Of a stretch of DNA of 64,000 bases, positions 26,428 through 35,985 are shown one piece after another. Below the pieces are notes generated by a model, which did no database searches, was not told the origin of the DNA, and saw only the letters and a list, made by a program, of their open reading frames with translations. The translations under genes were made by a program, and so were the position numbers. Source of the stretch: an uncultured Candidatus Rokubacteria bacterium (GTDB lineage: Bacteria; Methylomirabilota; Methylomirabilia; Rokubacteriales; DASRDR01); assembly GCA_963826115.1 (NCBI GenBank), contig CAWGVS010000012.1, positions 480,001 through 544,000 of the forward strand, given 5' to 3'. Position 1 is the first letter of the stretch. Each line of letters starts with the position of its first letter.

Positions 26428-28248
26428 ATGGCGCTCTGGCCCCGGCCCGCCGACGAAAGTCCCCCGCTCGCCGTCGACGAGATCTCCCGCGAGGTGCAGG
26501 CCTTCGGGCGGGGTCGCCTCCCCGACTGGGAGGCGGGGTACCTCGAGTACCACCGGCGCCGCTACCAGGACACCCTCCGCCTCCTCCCGCCGGGCGAGGG
26601 CCGCCGGCTCCTCGACGTCGGCTCGTTCCCGGGGCACCTGTCGGCGCTCGCCCAGGCGCGCGGCTGGGAGGTCGTCGGCCTGAACAACGCCATCGAGGGC
26701 GGCGGCGCCTGGGCCGACTTCCTCGAGCGGTGCGGCGAGCGCAAGATCACGATCCGCGGGTGCGAGGTCGAGCGCGAGCCCTTCCCCCTGCCGACGGCGT
26801 CGGTCGACGCGGTGCTCTTCTGCGAGCTCTTCGAGCACCTCCACCTGAACCCCTTTCACACCCTCAAGGAGATCTTCCGGGTGCTCCGCCCGGGCGGCCT
26901 CTTCGTCCTCACCACGCCGAACCTCCGGCGTGTCGAGACGCTCTCCCGGCTCTGGCACGGCTGGGGCACCCAGCCGCCCGTCAGCCGCGCGTTCCACGAG
27001 CTCCTGCCGTCGCTCCTCTACCACCGGCACAACCGCGAGTACACGGCGCCCGAGCTGGCCTACTACCTCGCGCTCCAGGGCAAGGACCTCTACGAGTTCC
27101 GCCTGGACCAGGTCTACTACTCCGACGCGCTCGATGCCCCGCACGAGATCCCCGCCGTCCTCGGTCAGCGCGTCGGGCCGCGCGAGCAGCGGCTCGCGGG
27201 CCGGCTGCGCCGCCTCTTCCCGCGCCTCCGGGGCCAGCTGATGGCGCGGGCCTGGCGGACGGACGCCCAGCTCGTGGAGTGGAGCGCCCTCCACGCCGTC
27301 GAGGGGTTCGGGGCCCAAGAGGAAGACGAGCGCGCGGCGCAGGGCTTCACGCGGCGGCTCACGTTCCCCTTCCGCCTGACCGGCGCGCGGGCGGGGTTCG
27401 AGGTGCCGCTGCCTCCGGGGGACGGGCCGGCGCTCGTGTCGCTGGTCGTGGCGAATCCGGACGGCGAGGCCCCGCCGCTCCGGACCGACTGGACGCTCGA
27501 CGGCGCGCCGGCGGCCTCGCTCGAGCTCGGCGTCAGCGCGCGCCCCGTCCGGATCCACCTGTTCGTGCCGGCCCCGGTCGCCGCGCGCGGCGCCGTCCGC
27601 GTCGACGTCGCCACGACGACGTGGCGCGATTCCTACCGCGGGCGCGAGGTCGGGCTCCACGTGGGCGCCCAGTGGGTGCTGGCCGAGCGCCTCGCCGGGC
27701 CGGCCGCGGTGGACCGGGCGATCGCCCGGGTTCAGGCGGAGCGCCGGGCCGAGGAATCGCTCGAGGGCTGGTGGGTCGCGGCGCAGAGCCTGTACCTCCC
27801 GCACCGGACGCTGCCCGCGACGCTCGAGCTCGGGCCCGGCGACGAGGACCAGCTCGGGCCCGGCTGGTTCGGGCGCGAGGACTGGGGAAAGCTCGGCGCG
27901 ATGCGCTGGACGGGCGGCCGGGCCGAGGCGTACCTCGGGCACGCCGGGGGCCCCCGGCGCGCCTGCGTCCGCGCCTACTCGGGCGAGCCCGGTCTCGGCC
28001 CGGTATCCGGGCGGCTCGTCGTGGAGCGGCTCGAGGGGGACGGACGCGCCACGCCCGCCGGAACGGCGCCGTTCGCCCTCGCACCCGACACCTGGGCCGA
28101 GCTCGGGGCGCCGTTCGAGGCGCCGGCAGGGCTCGTCCGGGTGACGATCCACGCCGAGCCCCTCCGCGTCCCGCGCGACCGCGTGCCCGGCTCGGGCGAC
28201 AGCCGCGGCCTCGGCCTCGCGGTCAGGCGGCTGTGGCTCGCCGGCTGA
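26428..28248 (+). CDS. Class I SAM-dependent methyltransferase fused to two C-terminal beta-rich domains
   Basis: LLDVGSFPG, DAVLFCELFEHL, RVLRPGGLFVLTTPN; C-terminal GWFGREDW...MRWTGG...DSRGLGLAV. Confidence 0.85.
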   Translation: MALWPRPADESPPLAVDEISREVQAFGRGRLPDWEAGYLEYHRRRYQDTLRLLPPGEGRRLLDVGSFPGHLSALAQARGWEVVGLNNAIEGGGAWADFLERCGERKITIRGCEVEREPFPLPTASVDAVLFCELFEHLHLNPFHTLKEIFRVLRPGGLFVLTTPNLRRVETLSRLWHGWGTQPPVSRAFHELLPSLLYHRHNREYTAPELAYYLALQGKDLYEFRLDQVYYSDALDAPHEIPAVLGQRVGPREQRLAGRLRRLFPRLRGQLMARAWRTDAQLVEWSALHAVEGFGAQEEDERAAQGFTRRLTFPFRLTGARAGFEVPLPPGDGPALVSLVVANPDGEAPPLRTDWTLDGAPAASLELGVSARPVRIHLFVPAPVAARGAVRVDVATTTWRDSYRGREVGLHVGAQWVLAERLAGPAAVDRAIARVQAERRAEESLEGWWVAAQSLYLPHRTLPATLELGPGDEDQLGPGWFGREDWGKLGAMRWTGGRAEAYLGHAGGPRRACVRAYSGEPGLGPVSGRLVVERLEGDGRATPAGTAPFALAPDTWAELGAPFEAPAGLVRVTIHAEPLRVPRDRVPGSGDSRGLGLAVRRLWLAG

Positions 28249-28260
28249 GGACTGCGCCGG

Positions 28261-29280
28261 TCAGGGGCGGGGCGCGCCGACGGTCGCGTAGCGGTCGCGC
28301 GGGCGGACGGTGACCGTCTCGAGGGCACCCTCGCGCCACACCGTCAGCTCGAGGGGCTGGCCCATCGGCTGCGCCCAGAGCCGCCGGTAGAACGCCTGGA
28401 CGTCCGCGACCCGCTCCCCGTTCACCCGCACGATCACGTCGCCCGCGCGAAGCCCGGCCGCCTCGGCGGGCCCGGTCGGCGAGACGCCGGCCACGCCGAT
28501 CCCGCCGTCGACCCCGATCGCGCGGAGCCCGAGCCAGGGACGCGGCGGGCGGGCGGGGCGACCGGTCCGGACGAGCGCGTCGCGCGCCGGCGCCAGGAGG
28601 TCGATCGGGATGGCCAGGTGCCCGGCGGGGAGCCGGAGCGAGATCACGCCCACGAGCGCGCCGTCGGCGTCGACGAGCGCGGCGCCGCCGAAGGCGGGAT
28701 GGTGGGGCGCCACGAACACGGCGCGGTCGAGCGCGTATTCCCAGTAGGCGACGAACGGGCCCACGGCCGTCACGCGGACCATCGCCCCGATGGTGGGCCC
28801 GGCGCTGGCGACCCCGACGATCGCCGCGGGCTGTCCGGCCGCGAGCGACGCGGACTCGCCCAGCTGCGCGGCGGGATACGGCGCGCCGGCCGGATCCAGC
28901 CGGATCAGCGCGAGGCCACTCTCGAAGTCGTGCCCGACCACCTGCGCCGTCACGCGGCGGCCGTCCCCGAGCGCGACGTCGATCCGAGCGGCGTCGAGGA
29001 CGAGATAGCCGACGGTCACCGCGAGCCCGTCGGGGTCGATGATCGTGGCCGAGCCGCCTCGCTCCTCGCCGAGCGTGGCCGCCGAGGGGCGATCCGGCGG
29101 GACCAAGGTCTGGAGGCCGACGACGGCGTCGCGGACGCGCGTCACGGCCGAGGGCGTCGTCGCGGCGGCGCCGGGCTCGGGGCGCGGCGCCGCGCCCGGC
29201 GGGGCGGCCGCGCCCGCGGCGCTCGCGACGGCGAGGCCGCAGGCCATCCCGGCCAGCAGGGCGCCGAGGCGCGCGCGCAT
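28261..29280 (-). CDS. HtrA-like trypsin + PDZ protein with degenerate catalytic triad
   Basis: Signal peptide; VTVGYLV, ESGLALI and PAFGGAALV at the His/Asp/Ser positions; RPWLGL, GPAEAAGLRAGDVI. Confidence 0.85.
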   Translation of the reverse strand: MRARLGALLAGMACGLAVASAAGAAAPPGAAPRPEPGAAATTPSAVTRVRDAVVGLQTLVPPDRPSAATLGEERGGSATIIDPDGLAVTVGYLVLDAARIDVALGDGRRVTAQVVGHDFESGLALIRLDPAGAPYPAAQLGESASLAAGQPAAIVGVASAGPTIGAMVRVTAVGPFVAYWEYALDRAVFVAPHHPAFGGAALVDADGALVGVISLRLPAGHLAIPIDLLAPARDALVRTGRPARPPRPWLGLRAIGVDGGIGVAGVSPTGPAEAAGLRAGDVIVRVNGERVADVQAFYRRLWAQPMGQPLELTVWREGALETVTVRPRDRYATVGAPRP

Positions 29281-29900
29281 CACCGTGCCGCCGCGCGCGG
29301 CGCCGCGTCGGCCGAGGGCCGCGCGCCGATGCGAATCGCGTAGATCAGGGGCAGGCTCAGCACGGTCACCCCCATCTTCACGACGTACTGGCCGAGCGCG
29401 AGCGGCAGGACGGGGAGCACGCCCGCGAAGGCCAGCGTCACGAACACGCCCGAGTCTACCGCGGTCGAGACCGCGTTGGACACCAGCACCCGCGCCCACC
29501 GGTAGCCGCCGATCCGCTCCCGCCACCACGCGAAGACCTCGGCGTCGACCAGCGAGGCCACGAGGTACGCGACGAGGCTCGCCCCGACGATCCGCGGCGT
29601 CGCGCCGAGCACGCGGGCGACCGCCGCCTGGCCGTCGAAGAACTCGGGGGCCGGCCACCAGACCGTGAGCTGCGCGTAGAGCGCCAAGAGGAGATTCGCC
29701 ACGAAGGCGGTCCCGATCACCTGGCGCACGCCGCGCTTGCCGAGCCGCTCGTGGATGAGGTCGAGCAGCGTGAAGGTGAGCGCGTAGATGAACACCCCCG
29801 CGGGCACGATGACGCCGAGGCTCCCGAGCACGATCGGCTTGACGGCCGTCACGTTGGCGATCAGCTCGCACGCGATGTAGAGGCCGATCGCGAGCGTCAC
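29280..29900 (-). CDS. yhhQ: Queuosine precursor transporter (VUT/YhhQ family)
   Basis: IANVTAVK, YALTFTLLDLIHE, RIVGASLVAYLV, SNAVSTAVDSGVF. Confidence 0.88.
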   Translation of the reverse strand: MTLAIGLYIACELIANVTAVKPIVLGSLGVIVPAGVFIYALTFTLLDLIHERLGKRGVRQVIGTAFVANLLLALYAQLTVWWPAPEFFDGQAAVARVLGATPRIVGASLVAYLVASLVDAEVFAWWRERIGGYRWARVLVSNAVSTAVDSGVFVTLAFAGVLPVLPLALGQYVVKMGVTVLSLPLIYAIRIGARPSADAAPRAAAR

Positions 29901-29903
29901 GGC

Positions 29904-30350
29904 TCAGAGCCCCCGGAGCCACGCGGCGTGCGGGCCGCGGGCCTTGGGGCCGCCGGCGGGCCGCTCGGTCTCCGGCGGGGGCTCGCCCTCCAGCCGGGCG
30001 GCGAAGCGCTCGGCGTCGACGATCGCCGCCCCGCGGCGGCGCGCCCCCTGCTGCACCGCGCGGTCCGACGTCACGACCACTGCCTCGGGGTGCTCACCCA
30101 CCCAGCGGACGATGAAGGCGTCGGCGCGCTCGCCGGCGCGCGTGTACCACACCGTGACCGGCCCGTGGGCCTCGGAGCGGGCCTCGCGGGTGCCGCCCGC
30201 CCAGGCGTCGAAGACCAGCACGACGCGGCGCTGGCGCGTCCGCGCCCAGTCGACGAGGTCGCGCACGAGCGCGGCCCGGGTCGCCACCGCCGGGGTCTCG
30301 CCGCGCGCGTACAGGAGATTGTAACCGTCGACGACGACCGGGACGGGCAC
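29904..30350 (-). CDS. YacP/Rae1-like NYN domain ribonuclease
   Basis: VVDGYNL, VLVFDA, ADAFI, VVTSDR. Confidence 0.88.
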   Translation of the reverse strand: MPVPVVVDGYNLLYARGETPAVATRAALVRDLVDWARTRQRRVVLVFDAWAGGTREARSEAHGPVTVWYTRAGERADAFIVRWVGEHPEAVVVTSDRAVQQGARRRGAAIVDAERFAARLEGEPPPETERPAGGPKARGPHAAWLRGL

Positions 30351-30360
30351 CGACCGGGGC

Positions 30361-32466
30361 TCAGGGCGCGGGGCGTGGGGCGGCCACGGCCTCGCCGCGA
30401 CGGCCCGGCGCGGCCGTCTCCCCGTAGAGGCGCCGGTAGTGATGCCAGCTGGTGAATACCCGCTTCGCGAAGCCGCGCGTCTCGTCGAACGGGATCTGGT
30501 CCACGAACTCTTCCATGTCGGCCTGGGGGCGCTCGGCGATCCACCGCTGGACGCGGTGGGGGCCGGCGTTGTAGGCGGCCACGGCGAAGAGGGGGTCCCG
30601 GAAGCGCGTGACGAGCTGGGCGAGGTACCGGGAACCGAGGGTGATGTTCACCGGCGGGTCCCAGAGGGCGCCGATGTCGCCCAGCGGGCGCCCGAGCTCC
30701 TGCGCGACGGTGCGCGCGGTGTCGGGCATGAGCTGCATCAAGCCGACCGCGCCCACGCCGGAGCGCGCGCGCGGATCGTACGACGACTCCTCGCGGATCA
30801 CGGCCGCGACGACGTAGGGGTCGAGGCTCACCGCCCGCGCGGCCGTGCGGACGTGCTCCCCGTAGCCGAGAGGGTAGTAGAGCTGCCAGAGCCGCGCCGG
30901 GAGCCCCGGCGCGCCCGCCTCGACGGCGGGCCCGAGCGCCCGCCGGAGGTAGCGCAGGCTCCGGCCCGACTCGCCGAGCTCGGCGAACACGACGCCGAGT
31001 CCCCAGGCGCGCTCGCCATCCGCCACCGCGTCGCGGCCGAGCGCCTCGAGCTCCATGATGGCGAAGCCGTCGAAGCCGATCGAGGCGAGGGCCTGGGCCC
31101 GCTGGTAGCGCGCCTCGGGCCGGAGGAGGGCGACCGGGTCGGGCGCGAGCTTGACCGCCGCGGCCACCGGCGCAGGCGGCTTCTCACGCACGCGGCGCGC
31201 GGCGAGGATGCCGTAGTAGCCTTGGGGGCCTCGGCTCAGCACCTCCCGGTAGAGCGCGAGCGCCGCGGTCTTCTCGCCGAGCCGGTCGAGCGCGCGGCCC
31301 GCCCAGTAGAGGCCCGCCAGCCGCGCGCTCGGGACGTTCGTCGAGAGCCGGCGGAACGCGAGCGCCGCCTCCCGGAAGCGGCCGGCGCGGTACTCGAGCC
31401 AGGCCACCTCCCAGCGTGCCGCCGCGGCGGCCTGGCTCTCGGGGGCGCGGGTCAGGACGGCCTCGAACGCCTCGCGGGCGGCGTCGAACTGCCCGAGCTC
31501 CGAGCGGGCCCTGGCCACCTGGAGCGTCACGTCGGCGACGTTCGGCGCGTCCGGGTGCTCGGCCAAGAGGCGCTCGAAGACGGTCACCCCCCGGCCGGTC
31601 TGGCCGCTCCGCACGAGGAGCCGCCCGAGCTCGTAGAGGAGCGCGCCGTGCGACGGCGTGACCGGCTCCGCGAGCGCCGCGTCGAGCCGGGCGATGGCCT
31701 CGTCACTCCGGGCCAGGCGGCCCAGCATCGGCGCGAGCCGCGCGAGTGCGCGGTGGCGGACCGCCGGCTCCGGGCGCTCGCTCAGGAGGGCCTCGAGCAT
31801 TCGGGCCGAAGCGGTCTGCTCGCCCGCGTCGGCGAGCCGCTGGGCCTGGAGAAACAGCTCCTCGAGGGTGAGCGGCGGCACGGTGAGGCCCGCGCCGCGC
31901 GCCAGGTCCTCCATGCTCTCGCGGGCCGCCTCGCCCCACATCGAGGCGGGCGCCTCGATCCATCGGCGCCGGAGGTCGGCGATCGCCTCCGCGGTCTGGC
32001 CCTGCGCGGCGCGCGCCTCCGCGAGGCGGACCAGGACCCGGCCCGCCTCCGGGTGCGCCGGGGCGCGCGCGAGGAAACGCCGCGCCTCGCGCTCGGCGTC
32101 CGCCCACTGGCCCAGGCGGAACGTGGCGTCGAGGAGCGCGAGCTGCGCCGGGGAGGCGAGGAGCGAGTCCGGGAAGCGCTCGAGAAACGCCCGCAGGCGC
32201 CCGCCCGCCGCCGCGTCGTCACCCTCGCGCAAGACCGCCTCGGCGGCGAAGTACGCCGCGTGGTCTTGGAGGAGGAAGCCGGGGCCGAGCTCGTCGAACG
32301 CCGCGCGCGCCCGCGCGTACTCCCCGCCCGCCAGCGCCGTGTGCGCCTCGCGATAGCGCTGGAGCGGGCTCGGTGAGACGATCACGGTCGCCCCGGCCGG
32401 AACCGCGACCGCGGCCAGGAGGGCGGCGAGGAAAACCACGGCGAGCGCAGACCGGCCGCTCGACAT
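30361..32466 (-). CDS. slt: Soluble lytic murein transglycosylase with TPR-like N-terminus
   Basis: AVIREESSYDP, GAVGLMQLMP, AAYNAGP, IPFDETRGF; signal peptide. Confidence 0.92.
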   Translation of the reverse strand: MSSGRSALAVVFLAALLAAVAVPAGATVIVSPSPLQRYREAHTALAGGEYARARAAFDELGPGFLLQDHAAYFAAEAVLREGDDAAAGGRLRAFLERFPDSLLASPAQLALLDATFRLGQWADAEREARRFLARAPAHPEAGRVLVRLAEARAAQGQTAEAIADLRRRWIEAPASMWGEAARESMEDLARGAGLTVPPLTLEELFLQAQRLADAGEQTASARMLEALLSERPEPAVRHRALARLAPMLGRLARSDEAIARLDAALAEPVTPSHGALLYELGRLLVRSGQTGRGVTVFERLLAEHPDAPNVADVTLQVARARSELGQFDAAREAFEAVLTRAPESQAAAAARWEVAWLEYRAGRFREAALAFRRLSTNVPSARLAGLYWAGRALDRLGEKTAALALYREVLSRGPQGYYGILAARRVREKPPAPVAAAVKLAPDPVALLRPEARYQRAQALASIGFDGFAIMELEALGRDAVADGERAWGLGVVFAELGESGRSLRYLRRALGPAVEAGAPGLPARLWQLYYPLGYGEHVRTAARAVSLDPYVVAAVIREESSYDPRARSGVGAVGLMQLMPDTARTVAQELGRPLGDIGALWDPPVNITLGSRYLAQLVTRFRDPLFAVAAYNAGPHRVQRWIAERPQADMEEFVDQIPFDETRGFAKRVFTSWHHYRRLYGETAAPGRRGEAVAAPRPAP

Positions 32467-32506
32467 CGACGTCAGTGTATCAGGGGGGGCCGGCCAGACG
32501 TGCCGA

Positions 32507-33091
32507 TCAGCGCAGGATGCCGCGGGTCGCCCGCCAGGTGTGGGCGATCCGGTGGACCGCCGTCACGTTCGCGCCCAGGGCGACCACCCAGATCGCCGGG
32601 ACCAGGAGGTCGAGGAGCGCTCCGAGGATGAGGACCAGCATCCGCTCCCCGCGCTCCATGACCCCGACCTTGCACTCGACGTCGACGGACTCCGCCCGCG
32701 CCCGCGTGTAGCTCACCATGACCGTGCCGATCAGGGCCAGGAGCGCCGCGGCCACCACCTCCAGCCGGCCCAGCCGGGCGAAGAGGAACACGATCCCGGC
32801 GAGAACCATGAGATCCGAGTACCGGTCGAGCACCGAGTCGAGGAACGCCCCGAACGGGGAGGCCTGCCCCGTGACCCGGGCGAGGGCCCCGTCGAGGATG
32901 TCGAGCGCGCCGGCGACCACGAGGCACAGCGCCGCTACCCGCCGCTGGTCTGCGGCAAAGGCGGCGGCCGCCAGTGCCGAACCGACCAGGCCCAGGCACG
33001 AGAGCTGGTTCGGCCGGAGGCGGAGCCCGACCATGGCGCGGGCCACGGGCTCCGCGACGCGGGCGACGTCGGACCTATACCGTCCCAGCAC
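32507..33091 (-). CDS. CDP-alcohol phosphatidyltransferase
   Basis: DILDGALAR...GAFLDSVLDRYSD signature; SYTRARAE. Confidence 0.93.
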   Translation of the reverse strand: MLGRYRSDVARVAEPVARAMVGLRLRPNQLSCLGLVGSALAAAAFAADQRRVAALCLVVAGALDILDGALARVTGQASPFGAFLDSVLDRYSDLMVLAGIVFLFARLGRLEVVAAALLALIGTVMVSYTRARAESVDVECKVGVMERGERMLVLILGALLDLLVPAIWVVALGANVTAVHRIAHTWRATRGILR

Positions 33092-35804
33092 TGGGAGCAG
33101 CCTCCTCGGCGAGCGCCCGGGCGATGGCCTCCCGAACGCGGGCCTGCGCGGCGGGGTCCTCGACCTTGCGGCCCGCCCGATCGGTCACGTAGAAGGCGTC
33201 GAGCGCGTGATCCAGGTCGGTGGCGATCTTCGCGGTGGCGATGTCGAGCCCCTCGGCGGCCAGGGCGCGCGTCACGAGATAGAGGAGGCCGAGCCGGTCC
33301 GGCGCCTTCACCTCCACCACCGTGTGGGTGTCGGACAGCGTGTTGTCGACGGTCACCCGCGCCGGCCCGGGCGTCGAGGGTCGGACCAGGCCGGGCCGCC
33401 GCGGCCGGCGGTCAGCGAGGAGCGCCTCCACCGAGCACTCGCCGGCGAGGGCGCGCCGGAGGTCCCGCGTGACGGCCTCCCACCGGCTCTCGTCGAGGAT
33501 CGCGTCGCCGCCCGGGTCGTTGACGTGGAACGTGTCGAGCGCCACGCCGTCCCCCCGCGTCTCGATCTGCGCGGAGAGGATGTTGACGCCGTTCGCGGCC
33601 AAGGTACCGGCGATGAGCGCGAAGAGCCCGGCGGTGTCGCGCGTGACGACGACGAAGTCGGAGGCGCCGAGGTCGGGGAAGTGGAAGACCTCGGTCACCG
33701 CCGCCTCTTCCCGCATCCGGTCGATCAGCCGGAGGTGGGCGGCCATGCGCTGGGGCGACGTCGTGCGGACGTAGCGGTCCGACATCGCCTGGAGGTGCCG
33801 CTCCGCGGCCTCCCGGTACGCGGGGTCCGCGAGCGCCTGGACGATTCGCTGGGCCAGGGCCGCGCGGCGCGGCGCCTTCGGGGCCCGCCCCGTGAGATGC
33901 GTGCGGGTGCGGACGTAGAGGGCGCGGAGGAGCGCGCCCCGCCACGCGTTCCAGACGCCGGGCGCCACCGCGCGGATGTCGGCGCAGGTGAGGAGGTAGA
34001 GCATGGTGAGCCACGCCGGGAATCGCGCCAGCGTCGCCAGGCGGGCCGCGGTCTTCGGGTCGTCGATGTCCCGGCGCTCGGCCACGTGTGAGAAGACGAG
34101 GTGGTGCTCGACCAGGAACTCGACGGCTGCGGCGTCGTCGGCGTCGAGGTTCAGGCGCCGCGTCACCGCCTTGATGAGCGGCACGCCCTTCGCCGCGTGC
34201 CCGTGGCCGAGCGCCTTGCCGATGTCGTGAAGGAGGATGCCGAGCATGAGGAGCTCCGGCCGCTCGACCTCGGCGACGATCTGCGCCAGCTCGTCGGTCT
34301 CCGGAGCCTGGCCCGGGCCGAGCCCCTCCAGCACCTCCACCGCGAGCAGCGAGTGCTGGTCGACGGAGAACCGGTGGTAGTGGTCGTACTGCACGAGGCA
34401 GTCGAGCGCGCCGAACTCCGGCAGGTAGGCGCCGAGCACGCCGGTGTCGTGCATCCGCCGGAGCGTGGTCGCGACCCGGCCCCACGAGCGCAGGATCGAC
34501 AGGAACACGGCCTTGAGCGCGGGCGCGGCGCGCCAGGCCTGGTCCGTCAGGATCGGCGCCGCCTCCTCGAGCGCCCGCTCGAGCTCGACGTCGAGCTCGC
34601 ACCCGAGCTGCTGCGCGTGCCAGAAGACGCGCAGGATGCGCACGGGATCCGCCTGGAGGGCGCCGGGCTCCGCCAGGTGGAGCCGGCCGTCGTAGACCAC
34701 GAGCCCGTCGGCAAGCGCGGCCCGGCGGCCGCGCCGCCCGACCGTGCCGTGGCGCGCGAGGCCCTCCTGGCAGCGCGCGATCAGGCGCGCCGAGATCCGG
34801 TGGATCGTGCGCGCGTGCCGGTAGTAGTCGCGCATGAACGTCTCGACGCCGAGGCGCACCTCGTCGTCCTGATAGCCGAGGCTCTTCGCGACCGACCCCT
34901 GGAGGCCCCGCTCGAGGACGTCCTGCTTCGTGCCCGCCAGGAAGTGGAGCTCGTTCCGGACCCGCCACAGGAAGGTGAGCGCGGCGTCCGTCGCGGCGCG
35001 CTCCTTCGCCGTCAGGTGCCCCTTGTCCTCGAGCTCCCGGAGCGTCCGCGCGCCGAACCGCGCCGAGGCGAGCCAGAGCGCCGTGTGGACGTCGCGGAGC
35101 CCCCCGGCGGACTCCTTGACGTTCGGCTCCTGGAGGTAGATCGCGCCGCCGTGCCGGCGGTACCGCTCGTCCCGCTCGGCGAGCATCTGGGCGAGGAACT
35201 CCGGGTAGTCCCGGCGGTAGACCTCGCGGCGGAGCGTCTGCTGGAGCGCGCGGAACAGGCGCTGGTCCCCGGCGAGCACCCGGGCGGCCTGCATCGACGT
35301 GCGGCTCGGCAAATCCGTACGCGCGAGCGCCAGGCACTCATCGAGCGAGCGGCAGGCGTGGCCCACGCGGAGCCCGAGGTCCCAGAGCGTGTAGAGGATC
35401 TCCTGGGCCATCCGCTGGACGTAGGGGGTGACCTCGCCTCCGTGGATGAGCATGAGGTCCAGGTCCGAGGACGGGTGAAGCTCGCCCCGCCCGTAGCCGC
35501 CGAGCGCGGCCAGGACCAGCCGGGAGGGGGCGTGGCCCGCCGCCCGGACCTCCGCGTCGGCGGTCTGGTAGAGGCCGCGGAGGAGGTCGTCCATGAACGC
35601 GGCGTGGGAGCGGACGCTCTCCGCGCCGGAGGCGCCGTCGGCGTGGCGGGTCTTGAGGCGGTCGTACGCCTGGGTGACATGCTCGCGGAGGACATCCAGG
35701 CGCGCGCGGCGGCGGCGCTCGGGCCACTCCGCCTCGGGGCCCGCGAAGTCCTCTCGCACCGTCGCTTCCGCGCGACGGAGGCGCCCCGCCAGCGTCTCAG
35801 TCAT
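33075..35804 (-). CDS. glnD: [Protein-PII] uridylyltransferase / uridylyl-removing enzyme
   Basis: ALGGYGRGELHPSSDLD, EPNVKESAGGLRD, YHRFSVDQH, LLHDIGK, two ACT domains; start re-called to ATG 35804. Confidence 0.96.
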   Translation of the reverse strand: MTETLAGRLRRAEATVREDFAGPEAEWPERRRRARLDVLREHVTQAYDRLKTRHADGASGAESVRSHAAFMDDLLRGLYQTADAEVRAAGHAPSRLVLAALGGYGRGELHPSSDLDLMLIHGGEVTPYVQRMAQEILYTLWDLGLRVGHACRSLDECLALARTDLPSRTSMQAARVLAGDQRLFRALQQTLRREVYRRDYPEFLAQMLAERDERYRRHGGAIYLQEPNVKESAGGLRDVHTALWLASARFGARTLRELEDKGHLTAKERAATDAALTFLWRVRNELHFLAGTKQDVLERGLQGSVAKSLGYQDDEVRLGVETFMRDYYRHARTIHRISARLIARCQEGLARHGTVGRRGRRAALADGLVVYDGRLHLAEPGALQADPVRILRVFWHAQQLGCELDVELERALEEAAPILTDQAWRAAPALKAVFLSILRSWGRVATTLRRMHDTGVLGAYLPEFGALDCLVQYDHYHRFSVDQHSLLAVEVLEGLGPGQAPETDELAQIVAEVERPELLMLGILLHDIGKALGHGHAAKGVPLIKAVTRRLNLDADDAAAVEFLVEHHLVFSHVAERRDIDDPKTAARLATLARFPAWLTMLYLLTCADIRAVAPGVWNAWRGALLRALYVRTRTHLTGRAPKAPRRAALAQRIVQALADPAYREAAERHLQAMSDRYVRTTSPQRMAAHLRLIDRMREEAAVTEVFHFPDLGASDFVVVTRDTAGLFALIAGTLAANGVNILSAQIETRGDGVALDTFHVNDPGGDAILDESRWEAVTRDLRRALAGECSVEALLADRRPRRPGLVRPSTPGPARVTVDNTLSDTHTVVEVKAPDRLGLLYLVTRALAAEGLDIATAKIATDLDHALDAFYVTDRAGRKVEDPAAQARVREAIARALAEEAAPSAGTV

Positions 35805-35814
35805 CGCGGACTCG

Positions 35815-35901
35815 ACGCTAGCATGGGGGGTAGGGGGTGTCAAACCCGCGCCACCATTGACGCCCTGGCGATTGACAGGGTCGCGCCTGGGCTCGTATGA
35901 T
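35815..35901. promoter_or_regulatory. Divergent sigma70-like promoters (glnD and the ABC substrate-binding protein)
   Basis: Minus: TTGACA(35843-35838)-N17-TAGCGT; plus: TTGACA(35872)-N18-TATGAT(35896). Confidence 0.7.
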
Positions 35902-35985
35902 CCCCCCACGCTCGGAGGTCCGGCCGGTTCAGCGCCGGCACCCCGGGCCCCGACCCGCCACGCACCCGCGAGAGGAGAGCGCGCC

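Noticed and set aside
29900-30360. preQ1 riboswitch upstream of yhhQ
   Set aside because: Only 3 nt separate yhhQ from the NYN gene, and no preQ1 consensus is visible
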